The translations under genes were made by a program, and so were the position numbers. This document shows, piece by piece, positions 36,102-47,829 of a DNA stretch of 64,000 nucleotides (its first letter is position 1; every line of letters starts with the position of its first letter). The notes beneath the pieces were generated by a model that saw only the letters and a program-made list of their open reading frames with translations, was not told the origin of the DNA and did not search any database. The DNA is from Vitrella brassicaformis CCMP3155. Its lineage: Eukaryota; Protista; Chromerida. The stretch spans positions 28,179 to 92,178 of the forward strand of contig CDMY01000381.1 of NCBI GenBank assembly GCA_001179505.1, given 5' to 3'.

Positions 36102-36379
36102 CACTTGGCCGAAGAGCAAGAAAAGTAGAGAGAGGGCAAGTCCGCAAGGTAACATACGAGGGGAAATCAACGCATTGACCGACACGACTCAAATGGAAGC
36201 TGTCACGCGAAGACCACCGACTCTGACCCCGTCAATGCTCGTCGACCACGTCTCGGTAACACCGGTCGAAACACACGAAGGGCCCGCGTCACGGCGACTC
36301 CGATACGGGTGGGCTCAATCGGAGCCTAGAGACATGCCCTGCCTGGGCCAGGCAGGGAGACAAACACGGGAGGATCCAG

Positions 36380-36680
36380 GCACACGGCCTGCAGCAACGG
36401 TCACTCCCTATTAGGCACACCGCCCACCTCGACACCGGCTCACGGCCGGAGAAGGCAACTCCTCAGGCCCACGGCCAAGCTGCACAGGCGCACGGCCTGT
36501 CGCAGAAAACTGTCCTCCAGCAACCACACTGACACCGGCACACGGCCGGCTGGGGTGTCCTTGGGACGCAAACAGGCTCACGGCCTGGCAGCAACGTCCT
36601 CAGGCACACGCGGCACGCTTGCACTGGCACACGGCCAGTCACGAGATCTTCAGATGGCCCCTAAACGCCGCACGGACCAC
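36380..36680 (-). repeat. Degenerate tandem repeats in the CRE 5' UTR
   Basis: Seven exact CACGGCC cores (36383, 36441, 36470, 36491, 36541, 36579, 36630) plus variants, usually preceded by (a/c)ggc(a/t/g). Confidence 0.8.
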
Positions 36681-36970
36681 CAGGTCTTTCGCGGGGTCGG
36701 TCAGGCGTAGATAGGGCGCGGAGAGCCGAAGCAGGCTCTCACGGAAGTGCTTTGCATTGGGCAAGAGGAGGCGCAGTGGCGCCGGGTGAACTTGGGTTCA
36801 GGGGAGACAAAAAAGATATCGCCAGGTCCGTCACGACGAGACGGACGCGGTGGCGCCCTCAGGTGAGGGCGGCGATGCCGATGAGCATGATTCTCTGATA
36901 ACCACACAGCCCTGTGGGGTAGCATTCATAATCAGGTACTATTCATGTATGTGAAGAAGTGTCCCATATT

Positions 36971-37545
36971 CATCAGGTGGCAAGACGGCGCAGCTTGCCG
37001 AGAAGGACAAGTTTGACAAGTACGGTCCCACCGCCCAGGCGGCCGGTTCCGCTTTGTGCCGCTCGCTGCAGAGACATTTGGCAGATGGGGAGACAAGACG
37101 ATGGACTTTCTCAAGATGCTCGCCAAGCGGAAGCCCCGCCCCACCTCCATTCCCGCTGACGAGGACGCAGCGTTCCGTGAGAGCATCATCAATCATTGGA
37201 GCCAGCTTCTGTCCGTCGAGTTGATGAAGCACAACGCGTTCCAAGTGGCGAGTCGTGCACAACGTGCTGCGGCCGCCAGAGGGCCACGGAGGGCCAGCGC
37301 GTTTCCGGAGGACTTCGTCAGCCGCGGGCTGTACAGGCCACACACCGGCCCCGCTCCGGGGCTGTGAGGTGGCTGGCTGGATCTGGATGTTGTGAGTGTG
37401 TATGTGGTACTGCATGTCTCACGTTTGTTTGCAGTGTGTGACATGCATTTGTTTGCAGTCAATGAGTGTTGTCCGTTGGCTATGCACGGTTGTGTTTCCT
37501 GTTGCTTGTCTGACACGGATGCTTAGACGAACTTCGTCGCCCGTT
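36971..37545 (+). mobile_element. 5'-truncated CRE copy (RLE end and complete 3' UTR)
   Basis: PLAAETFGRWGDKTMDFLKMLAKRKPRP...PAPGL*, then a UTR ending gatgcttagacgaacttcgtcgcccgtt. Confidence 0.92.
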
Positions 37546-37834
37546 TTATGTGTCAACCAAGGGCACACCCCATAATCATCATCTTTTGCAAAATACTTCA
37601 ACGCACACGTTGTCGCATCTCAACGAGAACGCTTTCACAGGTCTGCATTGGGACCATTTATTGAATTTGCTGAGCCCGCAATTGTATGGAAACCAAGAAC
37701 TTTGGCCGTTTGGATGTCGAATTTACAATCAATTAAAGACTCAGACGCAGATGAGCTAGCAAGCTGTCCTGGGGATCACAAAAAGCTGGCAGTTAAGCGA
37801 TAGTTGGATGGGGTGTGGGTTATGACGTCCCTGT

Positions 37835-38090
37835 GCGCTACGCATCAGAAAATCCCACTCGGCCTGCAGGGACGTCGTGAGAGCCGTGTGAGCTGCCTGT
37901 GGGTACTTGGCCGTTGCGTCCGCCATCCGTTGGACACACCTCTGCCACTCCTGCACTTTCTCAGTGGCGTAGGCCCTCTTGCCTTCTGCGGTCCCCACAA
38001 ACCCGCCCATATATCGAGCACCACTTACGATCTCCACGTCAGTATCGCTAAACACTTCACGCGCCCTCTCCTCGCAGCCCGCTCGCACGA
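37835..38090 (-). mobile_element. RT thumb fragment from another CRE-like lineage
   Basis: ARYMGGFVGTAEGKRAYATEKVQEWQRCVQRMADATAKYPQAAHTALTTSLQAEWDFLMR, typical of the post-RT region of CRE-type elements. Confidence 0.75.
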
Positions 38091-38195
38091 CCAGCTCGCT
38101 CCATCCTATTTCTCACGTCATAGAGCTGCCATTTACAGGGTTGTAGTTCTACGGGCCGCTGATGCCCTCATCCAGCAGCACTCGCCCGTCGGCCG

Positions 38196-39774
38196 TCACC
38201 TGTGCCCTGACGGTCCGCTTGTGCTTCTTCTTGCGCAGCTGGTCGTCAGAGCAACGAAGCTCGTCGCGTCCTGCTCGTCGGCTGCTGCCTGCTTTCGCAT
38301 CGCCAGCTCGTATCGCTCTTTCAGACCTGACGACACCAAACAACCATGATAAGCGAACAAGGGAGTTTCTTCATGTTTACCGGATGGCTGACCGACGGTG
38401 CGTGAGGGTGATGTATAGATTTCGAATGCGAACGCTTGTTGGCCGGTGGGTCGAGCTTGTCGTAGACGAAGTCGAGGGATGTGCCCGGGCATGGGTACCC
38501 CACCTGCACGGCCGCACACGTGCAGTGCTTCGCGTCGAGCGCTCTGCAGGCCACATGCACATACTGGATACAGATTAGGGCCTCTTGTGTGAGTGTCACC
38601 CACACATACCTGAGTATTTTGCTCATGCGTTGTGCGTTTCTCGGCGCCTCCTTCTGCTCGTATGCCCACGGCTGATACATGCCGAACGTCCATGAGTGGA
38701 TTGTCACGAACGTCGTCGTCTGAGGTGGAAAGGGAGCAAATGATGTCTCTCCTAAGCCTGCCTCACTCTCACCTTGACTTCTTTGACGAGGTTGAGGAAG
38801 ATAGCTGTCTCTGGCTCGGAGAAGGGCTTGGCACCGGGATTCGTGTCGAGGCCCAGGTTTGACTCAGGCTGACACATAAAGCGACAGGTGAGGTTGTATG
38901 GTCAGCCATTCTTTCCATCCTCTCTCATACCGTCCAGTGATCGTCCCAGTTGCGGTTCAAGTCGACTCCTACACACGTCAACCACAGACACACGGAGACA
39001 CAGATCGGTGAATACGATATACGGTCGCAGCCTCACCGTGTTCGTTGACCCTCACGCAGTAGTCGCCGTTCTCGACTCGCCGGCGGGACTGAGGATTACC
39101 ATTTACAACTATCGAAAACATCGTGCTCTCCAACACGTGCCCGACATGACACACACAGACACGCCGGCCGCCACGGATGTCCTTTGTCTGCAGGAGCCTT
39201 TACTTGGCCTCCTTGAGAAGCTTCTTCTCTTGGACGGCCGGCGATTGGCAGAGCGCCTCAATCATGTACAGTCCCGTCTCGGGAGAGATCAACCTAAGAC
39301 AGGAAGCGACAAATGAGCGATTGATGTGATGTGTCTGCCTGCCATTGTGGTGGTCCGCTGGCTCATTCACTGGCTGACTCACTCTCTGGCATGTTCGCTG
39401 AAGAGCATGAAGACGCGATTGATCGGCTCGACGCCCTTCTTGCGAACGGTGACCACGTCAATCGACGCTGAACCGTTGCGGCGCTCAGACTGCATGAGCC
39501 AAAGCACAAACACGAACAAAGCACATTGATGCATGTTTGCCTGCCTCTTTCTCTCTTTGTCGGCCAGACAAAGACAAACCAATGTGAGGTCTGGGCATGA
39601 TTGGCTCAGCTGCTTGAGCCGGTGGTGAATCTGGTCGGTCGTGTGGTGGAAGTCAAAGTCCTGCAGCAACACCGTCTTGGCGTCTGTGGCACTGCTGCCT
39701 GAGGCGGCCGCCACATAGAGGCAGAGGTAGAGGCAGAGGCAGATGAGCGACAGCCGCAGCAGACCACCCCTCAT
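38196..39774 (-). CDS. M14 zinc carboxypeptidase, multi-exon, with apparent frameshifts (possible pseudogene)
   Basis: Signal peptide, then LFSEHARE|LISPE (HxxE), VVNGNP..RRRVENGDYC, GVDLNRNW, PGAKPFSEPET, FVTIHSW, YPCPGTSLDFVYD, AFAFEIY (catalytic Glu reached only after a 1-nt shift near 38435). Confidence 0.88.
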
Positions 39775-40546
39775 CTCAATCGACAGATGAGAAGAGAAGA
39801 TTCCTCAGTCAACGGATAAGCTGGTTGAACTGCAATACACACAAACACATACGAATACACATACGTGTATGCGTGACATACATGTTTTGTCATTGCAAAT
39901 GTCCCTCGAGAGCCTCCCCACCGGCGTAGGAGAGCCATCAGCCCATCGATTTGTCCTCAAACCACGGCGATGGCTTCTGCAAAGCGTTGGCGACACCTCT
40001 CACCCTCGCCCGCCCGATCCAGCGATGCAAATGGACCGAGATGCCCTCACACCCGATGTGTGGCGGTACTCGAGCGAGCTGGGCAGCTGCCGATGAGGAT
40101 GGAACGGTCCGTTGTTGTGCTTTTGCGCTGGATGAAGGCGGGGGACAGCGGGAGGAACGATGGATGTGTGGGATCGTTGAATTCAGAGGATGAGCCGCAG
40201 GATGGCTCTCGCACGGTCATTGGTGAAGCCCCTGCAGCTGCCGGCCCTTATTGCCTGCATTTTGCGGCGAAAAATGCGCAAAGAGTAATCGGGTGCACGG
40301 AAATTTAAAGTCTGTCCTAAGGTTCCAACGTCTGCAGATCTGCCTCCCTGGGCTTTCACGCGAAGGCTTTCAGACGTGCCATTCGAAAGAGGCCAAGAGA
40401 AAGCCATTGCAGTGTATGGTTCACGAGTCCAGCACTAGCGTCGCGGTACATGTACAATAAAAATCCTCTACAGCTCTAGCCCACGCCTCCTGCACACAAC
40501 AGTTTCTTACTTACACACATTCACCAATCACTCATGTGATGCCTGG

Positions 40547-41420
40547 CTACAGCGTGAGTGCCCTCTTGAAGAAAAATCCTATCAGACAGACAGACACACG
40601 CGTGTGCTGTGATTGATGTTCGTATGAGTGTGTCAGCATACCGACGGCGATCGCCGTGAGGATGCAGGACACCATGCAGAACACAAACACAGCATAAAAC
40701 GCGGTGAAGCTGTCCTCAAGGCCACTCCTGCAACGACACACAGAGCCAGGACGGGCATAGAGAAACGCTTCAACCGTGTGCAGTGGGAAGATGCTGACCT
40801 GAGGTTCATCCCGAATAGGCCGCCGACACACGCCCCGAAACCCACAACGACGCCCACAGCATTCAGACGTGCAGAAATCCATCCAACACGCACACTCTTT
40901 CCATCTGCGTGTCTTGTGTCCGTTTGCTGTTGTACCCAGGTCAAGCTTGAGCACTCTATTACGCACGGTGGCTGATCGACCACACCACACAACACCACAC
41001 AACATCATACACACACGCATGAATGGAGACGCGTCGATGTCGGTTGGTTAGCTTGCTCTCTGTCTCTTTCACTCACCCAGGTGGAGATTCATCAGCTGTA
41101 GCACGTCATCCAGCGTCTGCACAGTCGCCCACACATACACACACATACAAACGAACACCACACACATGCGATGGGCTGTGCGTCTGCACCCACCTCGTCG
41201 AGCAGGCTGATGTTGTGGTCGAGGAGCTCCGACTCCTGCATGTAGCACTTGAGCAACAGCTCCACGTCCTCGGTGCTGTACGACTCATCACCGGCCTCCT
41301 CATGCTCGTAGTTTTCGGGCGATACTGGCCCGGCAGCGTTCCCCCCCTCCTCAGACTGATGGTCCATCGGGCTGTCTGCCGTCCCTGCATTCGTCTGCTG
41401 CTCCTCAGCACCAACATGAC
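40547..41420 (-). CDS. MRS2: MRS2/CorA-family Mg2+ transporter, 3' exons
   Basis: DVELLLKCYMQE...|TLDDVLQLMNLHL|ATVRNRVLKLDL...GACVGGLFGMNLR|SGLEDSFTAFYAVFVFCMV...AIAV|GFFFKRALTL*, with the GMN signature between two TM helices. The 5' half was not recognised. Confidence 0.88.
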
Positions 41421-41859
41421 GCGTGCCAAATTGACCACAGAAGGAAAAGGGAGACAGATGAATGTGTGTGAGTCTGGTGGGGGTGGTATGGCGTACATGT
41501 GGGCTGTCTGCGAGTGAGTGTGCGGAGCCGCGGAATGCCCCGGCGAATGTGGGTGGAAGGGTGGCCGCGCGGTGGTCGTGGCCCTTCCTGTGCACAGTGA
41601 GGAGGACGTGCTGCTGAGAGAACCGCCGCGTGGCGTCTGCTGAGGGGGTCTCGACCAATATCGACGATGTTGTTAGGAACGATGTGTTGACGCTGGATGA
41701 GTGGGTCTGCGTCATGTGTGCGCGGGCCAGGGAGGGGCAGACGGAGGGCAGGGAGGGGAAGGGAGGCGCTTCGGAACTGATGGATTAACAAGGGAGACAC
41801 AGTCATGTGTTGGATAATGCCGGTGTGTCTCTCCGTGTCTGTGCTGACTGACCCTTTTC

Positions 41860-42372
41860 CGTCTTGCCTTGTGCGCTCGCCGATGGCGGAGATAGGGAGA
41901 GGAGGCACAGGAGGCGGAGAATCTCTTCTGCGAGAATCCTCTCCTGCAGCTTGCTTTGACGAGACAGCCTTTATGAGCGCCTTCAACCCTCTGACCTCGG
42001 CTTTCAGCTCCTCCTGAATCTTCCTACCTCCTTTTAGCTGATTCCCATGCCTCTCTTGCACAGTCTGGACCCCACCCAGCGCCTCTTTCACGCCATCCCC
42101 GCCCGGACTTCCTTGGCCTTCTTGATCATCGCTTCCTTCAGGCTCTCAGTGGCGTGTTTGTTCTCCGCCATGTGACAATCGGTGCGAGACAGATGTTCTT
42201 TGAAAGACTTGATGAGAGCGTCCATGGTGAAGTCCACCTTAAGCTCCAGCCGACAGAGACGCTCATCCACCTTTTCCTGCCATTCATCGTGGTGGCTGCA
42301 TTCAACGTTTGGCGCCTGGGGCTTCGCATCAGATTGCATGGTGCTGCTGTACCGCGTCGCCAAGCCGGACAA
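41860..42372 (-). pseudogene. Coiled-coil hypothetical ORF with frameshift at ~42090
   Basis: ...EWQEKVDERLCRLELKVDFTMDALIKSFKEHL...KKAKEVRAG / DGVKEALGGVQ...IQEELKAEVRGLKALIKAV. Confidence 0.4.
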
Positions 42373-42537
42373 TAGGGGACAGGAAGCAGTGCCGCCCGCC
42401 GTGTCAGGTCCCGTCCACTTGAGTCAGATGGTGCTCGTCATGGGCCCACTTGGAATCATTGCAGATTAAGAGTTGTAGGCAAGAGCTCGCGAGCCAACGC
42501 CGTCACCAACTTGGAAAGCCGTGGGATCTTCGTTTTG

Positions 42538-45500
42538 ATGACCTTCAGTAAGTTCTCTCCCCGTCTTGCATGCAGACTGGCCCCCATCGAGCCCCCACCC
42601 TGCTCCTCGGAGTCCCCAAAGACAAAGGCAAGAGGCACACCAGAAAGGTCCACTGACAGGTCTTGACAACGCTTCGTCTGTTGTGTGGTCAGATGATGGA
42701 CAACCGGTTCACTCGCCCATCTACCCATCATGGCAGCGGTCCCCCGCCCTCGCCCAACGCCTTCAACGACTTCTTCCACCCCGTCACCACTTGCCAGCAT
42801 GATGCTGTGCAGCGGTGCCTCGAGAGAGAGGATCCCACGCCCTACATGCAGGCTACTGATCAAGTCAATACAGGGAGGGGGATGCGTCAATCACGTTTGG
42901 TGAGGGAGAGATGCGTGGTTTGTGTGCCGCTGTGTCTGTCAGACGCTTAAGATGTGTCTGCACTTGGCTGCCAAGGCGGGGTCTGCAGATCTGGTGCACT
43001 TGTTCATCACCCTCGGGGCCGCCATCGAAGCCAGAGAGCCAATCGGGAGGACGCCGCTGCACTTGGTAGGGCTGAAGAGACACACGGACAAATAGACCGA
43101 CCGACCGAGCGACCGACAGACAGGCACCCGACCGGCATTGTATCTGATAGGCGTGTGAGTATGGGCACAAGAAAGCTGTGGGGTGTCTGTTACACGCTGG
43201 GGCGAACCTGGAGGCCCGCGATGGGGTGGGTACGCGTGGACAAGAATACGCCACATGATGTGGCTCTTACGGCTTTGCGTCGTTGCAGCTTGGTCGCACG
43301 CCGTTTCATCTGGGTTGCTGTTCGGAGAATCGCAACGTCGTTTCCATTCTTCTGCACTCGAAGCCATCGCTCATCCATGCCACCGACAAGGTGACAAGAC
43401 ACGACAGACACAACGAGCAACGCCGCAGCTGCCTTTGCTGTGCCGTGCAGCATGAGCGCACCGGTCTGTACTACGCTGTGTTGAGCCGTCACTGGAGCGG
43501 GCAGGACATCACCAAGCTGCTGCTCGCCAAGGGAGCTGATGTCAACGCTCGCGACCTGTACGGCCGCACCCCTCTCCATTACGCATGCGAGGTATAGAAG
43601 GCGAGCAATGAGGGGCATTCAGTGACGCCTTCTCTTTTGCCCACAGGATGGTCAGTCGAACGTTGTCCCCCTGCTGTTGAGGAATGGAGCCGACCCGCAC
43701 ATTCAGGACACTGTCGGCCGCAAGAGCCCTCTGCAAATGGCCGCAACGCCACTCATAAGAGACCAAATCAAAAGTGAGCATCCGTGTATGAGAGAATGGA
43801 TGTGCTACATGTCTCTATGAGTGCAGGTCATCTGGGGCAGAAGGGCGAGCTCCCGGTGGCCGAGTCCAGGGCCATTGAAGGCGCCGTGGACCAGGCCACC
43901 TCCCCTATGCAGCGTGGAACGATGCCCCAGCAGCCATACAGCCCTCCTGCGGAGGACAAAAGGGAGAGGGAGCAGCAGCTGGCCGTCGAGCCATCGCGAC
44001 CAGGACCGAAAGAAGGTCAAATAGTGTTATCCACACACACAAAGGGAGCTGGGTGTTGTGCTGTGCGCTCAGGCCTGTCTGCGTTGTCTGTGTCGACGGG
44101 CCCTCTCCGCGAGCGGTTCATGCGTCTGATGCTGCATGTGCAGCAGGGCGGCCTTGACGACCTGCAGCACATCAAGCAGCCGCACCCGTTCACCGCCAGC
44201 TGGATGGAGGCCATACACACGCACCAACAGCTCTTCCAATCCATATCAAAGGCGTGTGGTGTGTGTTGCGTGAGACGCAACGCATACTGAAGAAGATGAC
44301 GCGTGACATGTCTGTAGGTGTCGTCTGTCGAGACGGCACTCCGTGTGTTCAACCTTCTGCACCCACCAACGCACATCCCGCCATCAAAGGTGGGTGGGCC
44401 ATGCACGTGCAGCCACACAGACAGGGAGCCTTTCGTCTCCCTCCTCCTTCATCTGCGTGTGTGCAGGGTGACGAGCACGAGATCGCAGCGTCTACACGCA
44501 GTTCGGCCCCCTGCCAACGGTCCCACTCGCACTCAAAGACGCAACGATCGATGAAAAAGGAGGTCCATATACCCAGCAGACAACAGACACATTTATGTAT
44601 CCCCTGTGACATTTGCCTACCTGTCTGTTGTGTCTGCAGACGAGCGTTCCGTTTTTCTGCCGGTGACTGCGCGTGAGCGTCAGATGGTTGAGGAGATAGA
44701 CCGGCTGCTCAAGGACAGGGACGCGCACAAGAAGACCATACACGACCTGCACCACACCATACAAGACATGAAGTGACACCCACCCACCGACAGACAGACG
44801 CACACACACACACACACGCCCTCGGTGTGTGGTTTCTCTTCTGTGTGTTGTTGATGCATCAGGTCTAAAGTGGAAGGATCGTTCGATGCGCGTGAGGTGG
44901 CTGCCGTAAAAGACGACACAGAGAGAATGCGACAGGAGCTCACCAAGAAAGAACTTGCCCTCAAAGTATCCCTCCCCAATCCAATACAGCAACCTGCCAT
45001 CTCTCATGTCCTGTCTCTCTCTCCCATCAATCAGGACATAGAGCAGCAGCTGAGGGCGGCCGATCGCAGTCAGAGGTTCACGCAGGAGGAGCTGCAGCGC
45101 CACATGATGGAGGGAGGAGACCTCAGGACCAAAGTAAACCATCGCGCACAGCAGTAGCGGGAGATACGCAGCACCATCTCAGTGAGTGTGTGTGGTGATG
45201 CTGGCTATGCAGATGGCCATGATGGCGAAGCGGGCAGAGGGATACGCCAAACAAGAGGCACACCTCAAGGTGAAAAATCAACCGACCACATAAAAACGCC
45301 CAGAGCTACTGTCGTGTGCCTTATTGTGTGCTGTCCGCTCAGTTCCTTCGCCAGCAGCTGGAGAGTGTGCAGGAGGTGCTGAAGCAGGTGCAGCAGGAGA
45401 AGGTTGCCGCAGAAGGAGCTGCAAGTGAGAGAGGAAGCAAGACCCCACTCCACCCCTCACTTGGTCATCTGTCTGTCTGTGCAGTCGCTGCCCGTCGTGA

Positions 45501-46546
45501 CCTGGCCACCGCCCTGCAGGACCTGGAATACTTCAAGAAACACGCTGGATAGATGTAGGCGTCATCCAACGGAATGAATGCCGTACGAATATTTTTTTGC
45601 TGTGTGTGCGCGTGTGTGTGTGTGTGCGTGCGCGTGTGTGCGTGTGTGCGTGTTCGCGTGTGTTGGCAGGGGCGGACCGACTGATGACAAGTACCGGTCG
45701 ATGGAACAGCAGCTGGCGGCGTTGCGTAAGGAGAACGAGAGGCTGCAGAAGCAGCTGGCCATGATGCGACAGGCACTGCAGGAGGAGCAGACGAGAGTCG
45801 CGAACCTACAAAACACGGTGCGTAAGAAGGGGGGAACAGACAAAGTGAACTGTCTCGCCTTCTCCATTCATTCAGCTGCGTATGCGACAGACAGCTCCTC
45901 GCCACCCAGAACTGAAAGAGGTGAGCCTAGCATCCCCCTCTCTTTAATCATCACATTCGATCCCATTCCTCGGTCCCTCTTTCTGTGTGCCAGCCGCTTC
46001 CCCATGTGCCTCCCCCTGCAACTATCTCTGCCGGCCCGCCTCTATCTCCCCCAGTGCCGGTGCCCACAGTCCGCCCACCCAGCCGCAGGAGCTGGAGAGA
46101 GGAGGGTACCCCTCACCCACCGAGACCATCCCCGTATCGCCGCCACAGGCCATCCACCGCCTCCTGTGACGATGCTCGACCTCATTGGCACACTCAGTGT
46201 GACGTGCTGGTCGGCAATTGGTGTGCGTGCTGCTGACGAAGCACCCAGAGGAGGAGTGGCAACGTCTGACCCCTACTGCAAAGTGAGTGGGGCAGACACA
46301 CGCGCCCGTACAAACCATGTCTCTCTCTTTTCTGTGTGTGTCAGGTGCTGATTCCCCTTTCCGAAAGGCGGCTTCCACACCTGGGTGACAGAGACCACCC
46401 TCAGGACCCTCCACCCTATCTGGAGGCAGACCAAGGACTTCCAGGTGCCCCTTTCCTCCCCGCACAACACCACCGACGCCCCGAGCGAAGTGCTCATCGA
46501 GCTGTGGGACAGCAACTGGGGCAAGGACGACAGACGTGCCATCGGC
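42538..46546 (+). pseudogene. Ankyrin-repeat, coiled-coil, C2-domain gene, disrupted and 3'-truncated
   Basis: Ankyrin exons CLHLAAKAGSADLVHLFITLGAAIEAREPIGRTPLHL|ACEYGHKKAV...GADVNARDLYGRTPLHYACE, then heptad exons, an in-frame TAG at 45548, and C2 motifs SDPYCK|V, TLRTLHPIW, VLIELWDSNWGKDDRRAIG with a +1 shift at ~46355. Confidence 0.85.
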
Positions 46547-47829
46547 CATTACGATCTTGATGTGTCGGTCAAGTGGCTTGATTTCGTCGAAGAGAAACTG
46601 CTGGTGGCAGCATGTCTTGCCGCTCCTGAGTCGATCATCATCGACGTAGGTCTCACAGACACACCACTGACGTTGACCACCTCTTCCTCGCACTCAATGG
46701 CCGTGACGGTCCCCACCATCTCCAGGCCGCTTACTCTCTGCTCGCAGGTGTCGTCGGTCTGATCATATCCGTCGAGTTGATTCGTGTGGACGCGCCGATT
46801 GCGGTTGCTCGTGCCGTTCGTGCGCGTCGCATTCATAATGACATCTCCGTCCTTGTCGTGATGAACGATGGGCTGCTGCTGGCGTCCACCGTTGCCCTCT
46901 TGATGTCCTCCATTGCCAGTCGGGTAGGCGTGGAAAAGCGCCCGAGATGAGTTCCACTGCTTGCCGTTCCTTCTGTTGTTGTTGTGGTTGTTGCCGTAGG
47001 TCTGGCTGTGGCCATTTGGTTGGTGTCGCCAGTCGTAGCGGTTGTCACGATTGTCTCGGTAAGGCCGTTCGTTTTTCCTGTTGCCTCCTTGATACGTGTC
47101 AGGTCGATTGCCGTTGTGTGGCTGACCTGGCTGGCGTCCGTTCTGGTTGCCTTTCTGTCGAATGCGGTCACGCTGCTGGCTCATCCTTCTCGCGTGCTGC
47201 ATGCGGTCGTTGGCATTGCGGAGGGCTTCTTGGAATTGCTCCCATGTGAGGTCGTTGAATCGGTAGTCCAACGAGCTCTTGAAGCGCTCAAATCGAGGAG
47301 GTAGGGCATTTACCATGACGGCTATCTTGGTGTTGTCAGTTGGTTTCTCTCCCATGTCGCTCAATTGTTTCGGCAAGAAGTTGGAGTCGGTGAGAGCGTC
47401 GTCGATGTCGTCCTTGTCCATCTGATACCGGGAGAAATTGCGGAGGACCTCATGCCCACAGACGACTCGCTCAGGTACACACCGCTTGCGCAACTCCCAA
47501 TAGGCTCGTGCACCATTCTCGCCATACTTATCGAGTGACTCCTGGATGATCCGTCTTGCCTTGCCTTCTGTGTGCAGGACGAGGAAGCCGAAGAGCTGTC
47601 GCAACACACTCCTCTCCTTCATTCGCTGCTCGTCAAGGTCTCCATCCTCAGTCGGGACAGGTAACCCAGAAATGTCTTCCTCCTTTTTAGGCATCAGACG
47701 CTCTATGGGCAACTCCTTAGCCAGGAGGAAGGCTCTGAGGGTAAGTTCCCACTCACGCCAGTCGTCCTTGTCTCCATTGAAGGTACGGATGACGGTCCTG
47801 GGGTCGAATGCGAAGATGGGCTGCGCCAT
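46536..47829 (-). mobile_element. Truncated Ty1/Copia LTR retrotransposon (gag and aspartic protease)
   Basis: FNGDKDDWREWELTLRAFL, NGARAYWELR, KIAVMVNALPPRFERFKSSL, MIDSGAARH, then after a frameshift CHQQFLFDEIKPLDRHIKIVMADG. No integrase, RT or RNase H follows. Confidence 0.9.

Larger units (their letters stand above)
28312..36680 (-). mobile_element. Near-full-length CRE-clade non-LTR retrotransposon, copy A: RING-like x2, OTU-like, Pro-rich linker, RT, CCHC, RLE
   Basis: RT motifs VRPIAMGD..RWVTK, QFAVG..GGE, LDCKNAFNSIDR, EGTQQGDAAGP, SAFMDDIDG. Knuckle CICGGEVDKFGDHFYVC. RLE motifs QRMDIYC...YLLDVTVAHP, AEKDKIDKY, FVPLAAETFGRWG. A stop at 35481, frameshifts and an internal assembly duplication (30418-31646 vs 31947-33190) are present. 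Confidence 0.95.

Noticed and set aside
36707-36712. ATCTAC as target-site duplication of CRE copy A
   Set aside because: Only 6 bp, overlapping an ambiguous 3' end, and expected by chance.
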